From contig OX597815.1 of assembly GCA_951406725.2 (NCBI GenBank), positions 202,740,001-202,804,000 on the forward strand: a stretch of 64,000 bases of DNA, written 5' to 3'. This document shows positions 13,613-27,124 of the stretch, piece after piece (the stretch's first letter is position 1; each line of letters begins with the position of its first letter). Made by a program: the position numbers and the translations under genes. This DNA is from Octopus vulgaris (taxonomy: Eukaryota). The notes beneath the pieces are model-generated. The model worked only from the letters and a program-made list of their open reading frames with translations. It was not told where the DNA came from and ran no database searches.

Positions 13613-15234
13613 TTTAGATCATAAGTATATTCAAACAGAGCTGATCTGAAGTAAACAACATCAATAATTTTCATGAAACATTGCAGCCTGGTGAGGAGAC
13701 AATTCTTGTCTAAGAGTGATTTTTTTTCTTCCGATAGGCTCAGCCTTATGAGATTGTTGTAAATTTGTGTCATTGATGGGTACGAATTCACTAATACAAA
13801 AGATAAATAATTTTTTTCGCCAAAATGTATGTGTTTTTTATGGTTAGGAATACTCAATCTAACAGCTACACGCGCCAACAATACATTCTAATTCCACCTG
13901 GTTGACTGGATCCAAATAAACAACATCAATCTTTAAGTACTGCCCGTATGTTGCGACAAGTTATGGGAATCAAACTACCTTTAATAAACTAAAATATTTG
14001 GAAGCACAATAAATCTACATTGATTTATGTCTGAAAAGAAAATTGCATTCAGAAAGCAAAATCAACCCCTGGCTAAGAATGTTCTTAATATAATTCTGTT
14101 CAAGCCAAATGAGATTCAAATAAGAATTACTGAAAATTATTAAATGTATCTTTCAGTTGTTGATGTTGTATAGCCCCAAGTCAACTCTGCTCGAAAAGTC
14201 CTATACAGTATTAAGCTAATAGTAGGAGTGTTGGAAAGGCGAGTGTATGATGGGTTGAGGAGTTGGATAGAAGTGCTAATGTCTGTGTGGATGACGTGCT
14301 AAGGCATTAAAGAGAAATAGCAATGTTTACGCGCACTGTTGTTCTAAATATTTTTAGCCGCAAGTAATCCCGGAAATATTAGATCTAGCCTTGATTCACA
14401 CGTGCGGTTTTCCATCTCCTATTATCAATGTATCACGAAAAAGAAAGTTAGCAATGTGCGATTTGACAAATTAAACAAATTTGGCTGTTAATTCTAGCAG
14501 GTCGAGCAACCACGTAGAAGCTTTTTATGTGTAGTGATTAATGTCTAACGAGATGTGAGATCAAATCAAGTCACAATGATTTTTGTAAACAGACTATTAC
14601 ATATATGCGCTGACATATACACACTCCTATACACATGCGTACCCATACACAAGCATAGACATACATGCAAAAACATATAAGGAAAAGAAGGCAGTAGCAT
14701 GCTATAGATATAGTATGTCCAAAAAGAATATAATTAGTTAAATTTACATTTTTAATCTTCGAACAATCATTGTCCAGATAGAAAATTCTGAATACGAGCT
14801 GCAGAGGAAACAAGTTCAAACTTTAATTAATTTGAACTCAGATAGTGAACACAGTGGAAAGTCATGTTCATCCTAAGCTGTTCGGTGACAATTCCTGGAA
14901 GGCTTCGGTCTTAATAAATCTCGCTAGCGCATCAAAGCCAAATATATGCTTCCAGTCTTAAGAGACTGGAAAAAAATTAAGGAATTTTGTGAATAAACGT
15001 AATGGGCACAGGAGCGTTATAACAGAATGTCTCGATAAACTATCCAGGGACAGGTAGCACACGACAGAAATTTAATATTTATATTATTCTTTTACTAATA
15101 TGGATATTTTTCTATCAATATCAATATTAATATGGACACAAATTTGAAGACATGAAATAACAATTTTTCATTAACTAATATGAGATATTTAGTGAATTCC
15201 ACTAAAATTCAGCAGAGGACCCTCATATGTACGT

Positions 15235-15935
<701 letters not shown>

Positions 15936-16204
15936 GAGATACTTGAATGCGCGTGTAATTATGTGTTTGATCGCTCATGTATGCATAGAACGCACAATGA
16001 ATGAGGTATTGTTGTCGATTCGTACTTTGTTTCAGTTAATGGTATTTTTAGAGTACCAGGTACTCCATGTAGCCACGTCAATACACAGGTGCACTCTCGA
16101 ATCCGTATTATATAGCTGCACACAGACACACAGAGGCAGACTCACACCCGCTTACACACGGACGCACACACACACACATGCACACACACACACACACACA
16201 TATA

Positions 16205-17641
16205 TCTCTTATTATAAAAGGCAGATTTTATCTGCCTCCCTTTGGGAGTTATAGAAATCTACAATATAAGATTTCTTTAATTACAATTTACCTAGCATTT
16301 TTAAGAGTAGAATGCATCGGGTCATGCTAGGTCCAGTTTTTAAAATTTAAACTCCAATTAAGCAAAATTTACAGAAAACTCACATTCTGGTGTGTGTGTC
16401 AAATGCTTTTCTTAGTCTGGTTTACAGCACACGCAAACGCACACACACAGTGTGCAACGAATAAAATGAAAGTAAATAGCGACAGAGTGATTTGAGGAAG
16501 ACTAAACTGAAAATATTTAAACCACTACTCAAAAAATAAAAAAACACAGCAAACAGAAACAAATAAATACATAACGATTTACTCCTCACACAATTTCTTC
16601 AATTAGAATTTACCTAAGATTTTTCAAAGTACTCCATTCGCTCATGCCATAATATATTTCTTTCAATTTCACCCCCAATTAAGACAAAATTCGAGAAAAC
16701 TCAATATTTTAACATTTCACTCTGAAAGCATTGATGTACATGTGTGCGTGCGTGAGTGTGTGTGTGTGTGTGTTTGATGGGTTGTGCGATACAGAAAGTG
16801 TGGTGTGTAAGTGAAGTGCTTTTGTTAGTGTGTGTAAAGAGACAGACAGAGTGAAAGACAGAAATAACTGAAGTTTTCACTATGATATCATCACGTGCGA
16901 AAAAATTCGAAGGGTTTTGAACAATTGAGATACAGATGTCACGCCTGTATTGAAACCATTGCCAAGCTGCCGTAATTGCTTAATTAAGACTTTGTTTAAA
17001 TTGAAAGGGGCAAATATGTGACGAGGTTGAAAAAAAATACCCCAGAAAAAAAATGTACTGCTGGTATTTATATAATTCACTACTATTTTGCTACAATGTC
17101 ATGAAAAAGAAAAAATTTAGGTATGTAAATCGAATTCGCCACCCCCTTTTCCCCGTTCGCGTTTGTGTAGAAAAAATTATTATTTAAGTTTTAAAAATTA
17201 TTTACTTTGTTCAAAAAATATTAATATTAATTAATTTTCAAGAATTATTTAATTTTATTCTGTAAAATAGTAATTAATTCATTTATCTGTAAATCCGCGA
17301 GGTTGTTACTTAGGCACCTACAATGGTAACCTTCAACTAACACTATCTCCTCCGAGACCCTGCGGCGCAAGTTGACCAAAATTGAGAGTATGGTAGAAGA
17401 AGGGTTGCTCTTCCTTCCGTAGAACATAAAATTCAAATCGGACCATGTTAACACCAAAAATTATTTACATCAAAAAGATGCTTTTTTCTATGAAAATCCC
17501 TATTTTTTACAATTTTTTCACTGTTGTGTCGTCACTTTTCGGTGTATTTCGACCAGAAAAATGTTCACAAAATTTTTACTTTTCAAAATTACAATTCCAG
17601 CGGGTCGAAACAAACCCGAGCAACGCCGGGCGATACTGCTA

Positions 17642-17642
<1 letters not shown>
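16205..17642 (+). mobile_element. Non-autonomous Helitron, about 1.44 kb
   Basis: 5' A|TC, 3' CCCGAGCAACGCCGGG hairpin + CTAG|T, no TSD. Termini are shared with 2880-4335. Confidence 0.8.
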
Positions 17643-17728
<86 letters not shown>

Positions 17729-17792
17729 TATATAAATGTATGTATGTATATATAAATGTATATGCAGGAGTGGCTGTGTGGTAAGTAGCTTG

Positions 17793-18003
17793 TTTACTCT
17801 TTTATTTGTTTCAGTCATTTGACTGCGACCATGCTGGAGCACCGCCTTTAATCGAGCAACTCGACCCCGGGACTTATTCTTTTGTAAGCCCAGTACTTAT
17901 TCAATCGGTCTCTTTTTGCCGAACCGCTAAGTAACGGGTACAAAAACACACCAGCATCGGTTGTCAAGCAATCCTAGGGGGACAAACACAGATACACAAA
18001 CAC

Positions 18004-18070
<67 letters not shown>

Positions 18071-18240
18071 TATATACGACGGGCTTCTTTCAGTTTCCGT
18101 CTACCAAATCCACTCACAAGGCTTTGGTCGGCCCGAGGTTATGGTAGAAGAAACTTGCCCAAGGTGCCACGCAGTGGGACTGAACCCGGAACCATGTGGT
18201 TGGTAAACAAGCTACTTACCACACAGCCACTCCTGCGCCT
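17793..18240 (-). mobile_element. SINE family A, preceded by a 34-bp inverted copy of its own head (17764-17797)
   Basis: Family consensus; see findings. Confidence 0.93.
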
Positions 18241-19503
18241 TTATTTTTTTATTTAAAAGAAAATTTTTTGGGTCCTCTTTCTTAACGATCCTGGAATCAA
18301 ACGTGCATGATGGGTCGATTAGTAAGCAACTTCGCTTTTTCTTATTTATAGTTGTTATGTCTCGTCTATTATTTTCTAACTTCTTGTCCGTTCGTATAGG
18401 AAAGTCCCACAAAATCTTACATTTCTCGGACTCCAGTACTCTTTGGACTCGGTGGTTGTGCTGTGTTTCCAGCTTAAAATCCCCATTTGGCTGTTAATTC
18501 TAGCAGGTCGAGCAACCACGTAGAAACTTCTTATGTGTAGTGATTAATGTCTAACGAGATGTGAGATCAAATCAAGTCGTGCCTCCATTTCCTATATTCT
18601 TCCTGTGCCAACTTGGGGCATTCCATCACAATGTGTGTCACTGTTTCGTTCCAAGTTCCAACTTCCACAGGCTCTACATTTTTCTGACACATTCTCTCCA
18701 TATATTTTTTTTTTCGCAAGTTGTTTGCTTCTATCGCTAGATCTTAGCCTGCTACAGTTAGGTTCTCTGTTCCTCTTTTTTAATTACTCCTTTTTTCGAC
18801 CAAGCCTAGAATTTTGTTCTACATATGTCTTCAGTGACTCTCTAAAATTGGCCATGCAAAAGTTTCTTTTCAATCTGTCTGACATGGTCTCTTTGTATTT
18901 CATTATTGTCTATTTCTCCTATTACGCTCTTGATCACCTGTTCACCTATCCACTGTCTTTAGTACTTTTTCTGTGCTGCTCTGTAATTACTCTCTCAGGC
19001 GTTATATTTCCATCTATACACATTCTTCTTCTGTTATTGAGCCTCTTTCACACTGATCTCTCCTCAAGTACAGCTGGTTGACATCAGCTTTCGGATGGTG
19101 AGCTTCATACATTGTCAACAACTTCCTAGTTTTACTGTCAAGGTTCTTTATATCGTTTTTGGTCCAGTCTATAATTCTAATTCCGTATATGATTTATTCC
19201 TTCAGTAAGATTTTTGGAATTCAGCTTTGACTCCAATAGTTTGACTCATTCTCTTTGTGTGCTTCTTGCTGGTAAATTGTCTCATTTCTTAATTTTAATT
19301 TCGTCTACTTCCAGTTTCCTCAAATATTTATACGACTGTCCTTTCTCAACCGCACTCATTGTTTGCCCTTTTGGCATTTCAGTTCCCTGGCTTCTTTCAA
19401 CTCTTCCTCGTTTCATTTTCAATATAGTGCACTACTCTATATCAAATTCCATACCTACGTCATTTGAGAAAATGCGAATAGTATCTACGAGACTTTCAAG
19501 CTG
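18241..19503 (-). mobile_element. Degenerate Dong/R4-like (RLE) non-LTR retrotransposon fragment
   Basis: Minus-strand translation: LVDTIRIFSNDVGMEFDIE*C...YKYL; CCHC finger CRACG...ETVTHIVMECPKLAQEEYRKWRHD; RLE ILWDFPIRTDKKLENNRRDI...CLLIDPSC. Confidence 0.85.
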
Positions 19504-19535
<32 letters not shown>

Positions 19536-19919
19536 CATTTTTTCTTCTTCTTTCAAATTTGCTTCCATTTCTTGTCGAGTGTCTTCCCGACTCCTAGGGC
19601 AAAGAAACTCATTGTATACATTGGTAGGCCATTAAACTAAACTCACTAGTGCGTTCATTTTTTTTTTTCTAAGTTAAATTAAAATACATGGGTAGTAATA
19701 GTTCTCACATCGACAATGCTCTTCTCAATACGTGTGATGTACAAGTTAAGACAATCTTTTGCCCTTCTTGCAGGGATGGTAAGCCAGGGATCATTCTCAT
19801 ATAATTTTCGGTTCCCTTCTTGATCATTCCTAGTGCTCCTACGATCACTGATATTGTAACCGCGCTTGAGATGCCACATTTTCTCAATTTCGATGAGCAG
19901 GTCTTTATATTTTCTGAGC
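19536..19919 (-). mobile_element. 3' end (ORF end + UTR) of a second Dong/R4-like element, bounded by (TAA)n
   Basis: KYKDLLIEIEKMWHL / VIVGALGMIKKG...IPGLPSLQE.QKIVLTCTSHVLRRALSM*, paralogous to 20040-20279. Confidence 0.85.
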
Positions 19920-19942
19920 TTATTATTATTATTATTATTATT

Positions 19943-21814
19943 CAGTAGTTTTATTGTTATAGCGTACTTTCACTTCACTACCGAGCGCAGCTCTGTGTGC
20001 CTTGGGTATGTGCTGTGATTTGTTGTGATGCTCTGATGGTTATTGTATGGAAAGTGTTCTGCATAGGATGTGTGCAGTGCCTAGTAGTGCAATTTTCTGT
20101 ATGTTATATGTGTTTGTAAGTCCTGGTGTTTTTGATATGTATTTGTCTGAATATTTTTTTATCATGCCTAATGCACCTACTATGACAGGAATTGTTTCTG
20201 TTTTCAGATTCCACATTCTAGTTACCTCTATTTCCAGGTCTTTGTATTTTGAGAGTTTCTCCATTTCTTTTAGAGACACGTTGTCATCTGCCGGTATTGA
20301 TACATCAATTAGAAAGCATTTTTTTCTTCATGATCTCTGACAACTATATCTGGTCTGTTGACCTTAATTTCTCTATCTGTGTGTATCGGCATATCCCAGA
20401 GTATGGTTGCTTTCTCGTTTTCTTTGACCTTTTCTGGTGTGTGCCTATACCATCTTTTTTCTGTTGTTATTCCATAATGTTGGCATAGCTTCCAATGTAT
20501 GTAGATTCCAACTCTGTCATGTCTGTGAATATATTCCTTCTTAGCCAGGACTGGGCAGCTAGAGATAATATGATTTATTGTTTCTTGTCCATCTCCACAT
20601 ATTCTGCAGTTACTTGTAATATTTCTTTTCATTACATGTTTTTGGTAATTTCTGGTGGGGAGGCTTTGGTCTTGTGCTGCAATTAAAAATCCCTCTGTTT
20701 CTGCTCTGAGTCCTGAGCTTCTCAACCATTGCTGGGATTTTTCTTTGTCTATTTCTTTTGCGTTTAGTTTAGTACAGTATTTACCATGAAGGGGCTTTTC
20801 TTGCCATCGTTTTATCATGGTTCGTTGCTGTTCTATTTTTAGTTTGGATTTCATTGGTTTTATAGCTTTTGTTGTTTCTTCATCATCTTCTTCTTCTTCT
20901 TCGTGTTTATTAGGTGGTATGGTTTCTTGTTTGTATTTGTCAGCTTCCTTAAATACTGAGAACAGTTTTTTGTTTTGCTCGTGTTTTGCCGCTATCTGGA
21001 TCAGTTTTCCTTCCTTCTGAAGTAGGTATTTTTGCAGTCCTATGGTGGTTATTTTATAGTAGTTTTCCAGCTGTATAAGGCCTCTACCACCTTCTATACG
21101 TTGTATATATAGTCTTTCTATGTCAGATTTTGGGTGATGCATCCTAGATCCTGTCAGTATTTTTCTTGTTTTCCTATCTATTTTGGACAGTTCATTTCGT
21201 GTCCAGTTAAGGATATTGTAGCTGTAACTTATAACTGGGACAGCTAAAGTGTTGATACCTATTATCTTGTTTTTAGCATTGAGCTCTGTTTTTAGTATTG
21301 ATCTAACTCGTCTATAATATTCTTTTTTTATTTTCTCTTTCATTTGTGTGTGTTGTGTCTTATCTAGTTCATGGATTCCTAAGTATTTGTAAGTTTGGCT
21401 TTGGTCTAATTCTTTTATTTCATTGGTTTTATCTAGTGTGATGTTGTTACTCTTAACTAGTTTTCCTCTTTTCATGGTTACTTTGGCGCATTTTTCTAAT
21501 CCAAATTTCATATCTATTTCTTTGGTAAATCCATGAACTGTCTTTAATAGTGTTTCCAGCTGTTTGTCATTTGCAGCGTATAGTTTTAGGTCATCCATAT
21601 ATAAAAGGTGGCTGATCGTTTTGCCGTAACATTTATATCCGCATCCAGTTCTATTTAGCATATCAGATAGAGGTGACAGTGCCAAGCAGAAAAGGAGTGG
21701 GGAGAGCGTGTCTCCCTGGAATATTCCTCTTCTAATGGGGATGTCTTTGGTTTTCATGAGTCCCTCTTTTGTTTGGAGGTGTAGGACTGTTTGCCATTTA
21801 TTCATAGAGTGCTC
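19943..21814 (-). mobile_element. 5'-truncated young Dong/R4-clade non-LTR retrotransposon (RT, CCHC finger, restriction-like endonuclease) inserted in (TAA)n
   Basis: ORF 20309-21805 has GIFQGDTLSPLLF, HLLYMDDLKLY, YKYLG, CRICGDGQETINHIISSC and NRPDIVV. After a 1-nt frameshift in an A-run (about 20320) it continues CFLIDVSIPADDN...EKLSKYKDL to the stop at 20040. TAA repeats flank both ends. Confidence 0.95.
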
Positions 21815-21851
<37 letters not shown>

Positions 21852-22405
21852 GAGTGAGCGAGCAGAGCATGCCATCAAAGTGACACTGGGGTAAAATATA
21901 CGAAGCCCAGTATACCCATCATGACTACCCGTCTGATAAGGGTACACCAGGCACATGCATCACAACCATATGTGCGCGACATGGTGATCTCATATCAAGA
22001 TAAACAGCACATGACCTTGCAGGTGGAGCCCAGTTAGAATTTTCTTCAGATCGAGTAACCCATCCCGCTCAAAAGGTCCCTGAATAAGGCTTGTTTAAGG
22101 ATGTTGAACGAAACACCCATGTTTCCAGAGGTGAATTATTCAAACCCCAAAGAATCCTTCTCAACACATGGCTATGATGCTCCCCCACTACTTCTGCTCG
22201 TGATCAGAGATGCACATATTGTCAGCCACTAAGGGACATGCTCAACTGGTTAAGGTCAAACAACTGACAAGCAAATCTGTGGTATTGAGCAGAATATTTG
22301 CTGTAGCCCATCTTTTATACCAAGACAAAACAATGTACATGATAACACTTCCAATCAGTTAAGATCAGAAGCCATGAGAGCCACTGCCTGGTACTGCATC
22401 AGGGC

Positions 22406-22406
<1 letters not shown>
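21852..22406. mobile_element. About 555-bp non-coding insert bounded by (TAA)n on both sides; probable non-autonomous TAA-targeted element
   Basis: Sharp boundaries at TTA repeats, GC content above the flanks, no ORF, no tRNA head seen. Confidence 0.55.
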
Positions 22407-22442
<36 letters not shown>

Positions 22443-22480
22443 ATTATTATCATTATTATTATTATTACTGCTACTAGAAT

Positions 22481-22572
<92 letters not shown>

Positions 22573-22594
22573 TTAATATTATTATTATTATTAT
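22407..22594. repeat. Trinucleotide microsatellite (TTA)n(CTA)n(CCA)n
   Basis: Directly visible. Confidence 0.97.
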
Positions 22595-22614
22595 TCAAAA
22601 CAATTACAATCGGC

Positions 22615-23168
22615 CCCTTTCAAATTAAAGTTTGTCCACTAGCCCATATGTATGTGTATTTTTTTGTTTTTTGTTTGTTTGTATCTATGTATGTATATGT
22701 GCAGATTTTTATTTTTTGCTTTATGTATGTATTCTCATGAATATAGTTGTATATCTAGACATGCTCATATACATTTAAATTATAAACTTCTGGGAAGTTT
22801 TACAGATTTTACGGTTCCCCTGAAGGACTGAATCTGTAGTCTTCGAATTAGCTTTCTCCTTTCTGATTTTGAGAAGCCTAATTTCTCAAGACTGGTTTTT
22901 AGACAGTTGTTACATATCCCAGGGACCCCCAAAACCACAGGTATAAACTTGAACTTGTAATCTAGATAGAGTGAGTAACTGCAGATTTCTCAATAGTCCA
23001 GCATAGGTATTCTCTATTTCATTGATCTTCAGCTTTATGTTAACATCTACAGGGCAGCTAATTTACATAGCTGTGCACAGTTTCTCTTCTACATCCCCAA
23101 TCATTATGTCAGGTCTGTTGTGCTTACATTTTATTGAGGTCTTCACTGGACATTCCAACAGTACTCCT
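22615..23168 (-). mobile_element. 3' fragment of a different RLE-type non-LTR retrotransposon
   Basis: Minus strand, frameshifted: KTSIKCKHNRPDIMIGDVEEK...ISCPVDVNIKLKINEIENTYAGLLRNLQLL...YKFKFIPVVLG...GTVKICKT (PD..D/E..K nuclease region). Confidence 0.8.
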
Positions 23169-23206
23169 TTTTATTATGTATGTGCATGTATGTATATATA
23201 TATGTA

Positions 23207-23297
<91 letters not shown>

Positions 23298-23329
23298 AAT
23301 TGATTAACAATTAATTAATTCTACCCTTT

Positions 23330-23389
<60 letters not shown>

Positions 23390-23507
23390 GTGTGTGTGTG
23401 AGAGAGAGAGAGAGAGAGGGAGAAAGAAAGAAAGATATATATACATACAGACAGACAGACAGACAGAAAGATAGATAGATATGTATATGTATGTATGTAT
23501 GTATGTA

Positions 23508-23613
<106 letters not shown>

Positions 23614-24165
23614 TATATATGTATGTGTGTGTATATGTATGTATAAGCAGGCAAGCACATAGTATCAGTTTAGATTATGACATATATTTAACCAATGAGC
23701 AGTGAGATGTTACAAGTGTATAGATCATAAGAAAAAAAATCGAAGTGAGAAGCTGTGCAGATAGACTCTTTATTTTTTCTTATGACATACTCTCTTGTAA
23801 ATACTCAAACATTATGTTTAAATGTATGTCAGGAACTCACCTGATACCAGTTGTTTGCCTGCTTGGATATTCATTTTATTATACACGTACCTTCTCAGTT
23901 AATTAGCCACCTGAAACCAATGGTCGTTGGTCAGCTATAACAGTACTGCTTTCAGTTGCATTTCAAAGTAGAGTTTTAGGCTGCGAATCAACCTGAGCAC
24001 TCTCTACTTATTGCCTTATGACATCAGACGTAAAATTACCGGAATCATATTTCACAACTGAAATTGTGAAGAATTCATATGTATTTAATAAAATATCCAT
24101 ATAAATCAATCAGGTTTTAGGTGCATAATCAACTACAGGCAAACCAACACACGCACAGACACATA

Positions 24166-24398
24166 TATTTCTTTACTACCCACAAGGGGCTAAACACAGA
24201 GGGGACAAACAAGGACAGACAAACGGATTAAGTCGATTACATCGACTTCAGTGCGTAACTGGTACTTAATTTATCGACCCCGAAAGGATGAAAGGCAAAG
24301 TCGACCTCGGTGGAATTTGAACTCAGAACGTAGCGGCAGGCGAAATACGGCTACGCATTTCGCCCGGCGTGCTAACGTTTCTGCCAGCTCGCCGCCTT
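24166..24398 (-). mobile_element. SINE family B, full monomer
   Basis: Minus strand AGGCGGCGAGCTGGCAGAAACGTTAGC...GAGTTCAAATTCC...GCCTTTCATCCTTTCGGGGTCGATAAATTAAGTACCAG. Confidence 0.92.
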
Positions 24399-24892
24399 TT
24401 CACACGCACAGACACATACGCTCATGCATACATATGCGCGCATGCACACACACACACTTGTCCCCTTGTTTCGTTGACCGTATGGGACTACAAAATTGTA
24501 ACAGAGAGAGGAGACATTATGCTAGACCACAATACCTTCGCTGGTAATTTATTTTGCCAACTGGCAAAAACTTATGACGTCGGACAAAATACTTAGTCAT
24601 ATTTCTTCCAGTTTTACGTTCTTAGTTCAAATTCCAGCGAGTTCGACTTTGCCCTTTCTCTCGCGGACAGTAGCAAAAATACCAGTTGAACCGATTTGTT
24701 TTATTCCACGAAATTTCAAGCTTTGTGCTTAGAGTAGAAAGCAATGTATTTCCTTACCTCCGAAGGCAAGACACATCTCCGTGTAACTGTAATATGGAAT
24801 GTGTCAAGTTCTGTCTATTAGTATTTCATTGCATTTCGATACACAAATAATACTCAGCCCGCATTTGAACACTTGAACGTGAGAAACCGGAA

Positions 24893-25240
24893 GAAACTCC
24901 ACCCGTCTAACACCCGTAGACATATTTACAAAGTCAGAAAACAGCACAGCTCCCATGACTTTAGGAAACATTTTTGTCACGCTGAGAGTTGCTGAAGCAT
25001 GGAACAAACTGCCGGCATCGGTTGTTAGTTGTTGGAGCACTGCATCCTTCAAAACTTCCATGCTTTCTGAGATTCGCCAACACTACGCCTGATTTCCTCC
25101 CCTCCATACACACACAAGCATGTATCTGACTCATACATTGTTTCCAGATATTTGTACATTACTGCATACACTTTATACGCACTTTCTGACAAGTTGTGCT
25201 GCACCTGAGCACTGTATACAATAATTTCATTACTATTATT
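24893..25240 (+). mobile_element. CR1-clade LINE 3' end
   Basis: SNTRRHIYKVRKQHSSHDFRKHFC/TLRVAEAWNKLPASVVSC...SFKTSML (CR1 C-terminal RGH...FF..RV...WN.LP), ends in a TTA tail. Confidence 0.8.
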
Positions 25241-25300
25241 TTAATATAGCAGGTCATTTTCCGACGCTTTCACTAATTCACACATATATATCATTATAAT

Positions 25301-25646
25301 GTGGAGGCACAATGGCCCAGTGGTTAGGGCAGTGGACTCGCGGTCGTAGGATCGCGGTTTCGATTCCCAGACCGAGCGTTGTGAGAGTTTATTGAGCGAA
25401 AACACCTAAAAGCTCCACGAGGCTCCGACAGGGATGGTGGTGATCCCTGCTGTACTCTTTCACCACAACTTTCTCTCACTCTTACTTCTTGTTTCTGTTG
25501 TACCTGTATTTCAAAGGGCCGGCCTTGTCACTCTCTGTGTCACGCTGAATATCCCCGAGAACTGCTTTAAGTGTACACGTGTCTGTGGAGTGCTCAGCCA
25601 CTTACACGTTAATTTCACGAGCAGGCTGTTCCGACGGAGTGCTTCC
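25301..25646 (+). mobile_element. SINE family C (tRNA-derived), about 12-bp TSD ATCATTATAATG
   Basis: Head TGGCCCAGTGGTTAGGGC...GGTTTCGATTCCC; matches copies at 33922, 43273, 45076. Confidence 0.92.
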
Positions 25647-26014
25647 ATCATTATAATGAGTTGCTGAATAGCAAATTTTTACTACTCAGTGTGTGAGACC
25701 GGGTGTCCACATCTAGCTGAGAATATGGTACGTTTACTGTGTAAATGGGCCTGATATATGAGGCAGCTTAACAGCTTCGATAATCGGCCGTATAAAAGAT
25801 AACCGACCATAGAATTTTGAATTTTTGTAGGGGCCTATTGTTTTTGTGACACTTGAGAATATAATATGGCAACTGGGGAGATATTTATTTTCAGAAGTGT
25901 TAAAAGTATCGTAGTTCAAAAGTATTTTCTACACATACAGAAAAGTTTGTTGCTCTTATATTTTACAAAAACGTTTAACTTGCACAAAAAGTAATTTACT
26001 TCATTATGATGTGT

Positions 26015-26372
26015 ATAATAATAATAATGAAATTATTGTATACAGTGCTCAGGTGCACCACAACTTGTCAGAAAGTGCGTATAAAGTGTATGCAGTAATG
26101 TCCAAATGTCTGGAAAGCGAACAATGTATGAGTCAGATACATGCCTGTGTGTGTATGGAGGGGAGAAAATCAGGTGTAGTCTTGGCGAATCTCAGGAAGG
26201 ATGGAAGTTTTGAAGGATGCTGTGCTCCGACAACTAACAACCGATGCCGGCAGTTTGTTCCATGCTTCAGCAACTCTCAACGTGAAAAAATGTCTCCTGA
26301 AGTCATGGGAGTTGTGCTGTTTTCTGACTCTGTAAATATGTCCACGGGTGTTAGACGGGTGGAGTTTGAAAA
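26015..26372 (-). mobile_element. CR1-clade LINE 3' end (same family as 24893-25240)
   Basis: Reverse-complement match to 24893-25240. Confidence 0.82.
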
Positions 26373-26414
26373 CGGGGTGTTAAACGGGTGGAGTTTGAAA
26401 AGTATATTTTAAAA

Positions 26415-26588
<174 letters not shown>

Positions 26589-27042
26589 GCATTCTTAATA
26601 TGCTTTCTTCGTTTCCAATATTCTCGATGTTTCTCATCTTCGCAAAATTGATACCGAATACTGTATAATTTCGTTTAGTATCATGCTTAAATTTCATAAA
26701 TTATGAAATTTGTCTCTAGTATGTTTGATAGTTTTATTCGCGTAATGTGTACAATCAATTAATGATATACTCCAGTCTAAAGGCGAATCTAAAGTTGCCT
26801 TAAAACTATTGTTTAGTGAAGAAAAGAAATTAATCAATTAATTAAAGTAGTTACTTGGAAATTTTTATTTACTTATTATTACAAGATTGCCAGTATAGCC
26901 GAGTTCTCTCCCTTGGCTGCAATATAATTTTTCTTCCAATTATTTCCCTTACATCCATTTCCTAATTTTCAATTTAAGTATCACTTCGTGTTTAACTACG
27001 ACGATGACAGTAAACATTCTCCTTGCCCCCCCTCTCTCTCTC

Positions 27043-27117
<75 letters not shown>

Positions 27118-27124
27118 ACATAGT

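Noticed and set aside
22350-22400. U2 snRNA-like words (ATCAGTTAAGATC, CCTGGTACTGCA)
   Set aside because: Short matches with wrong spacing, no branch-point recognition sequence or Sm site
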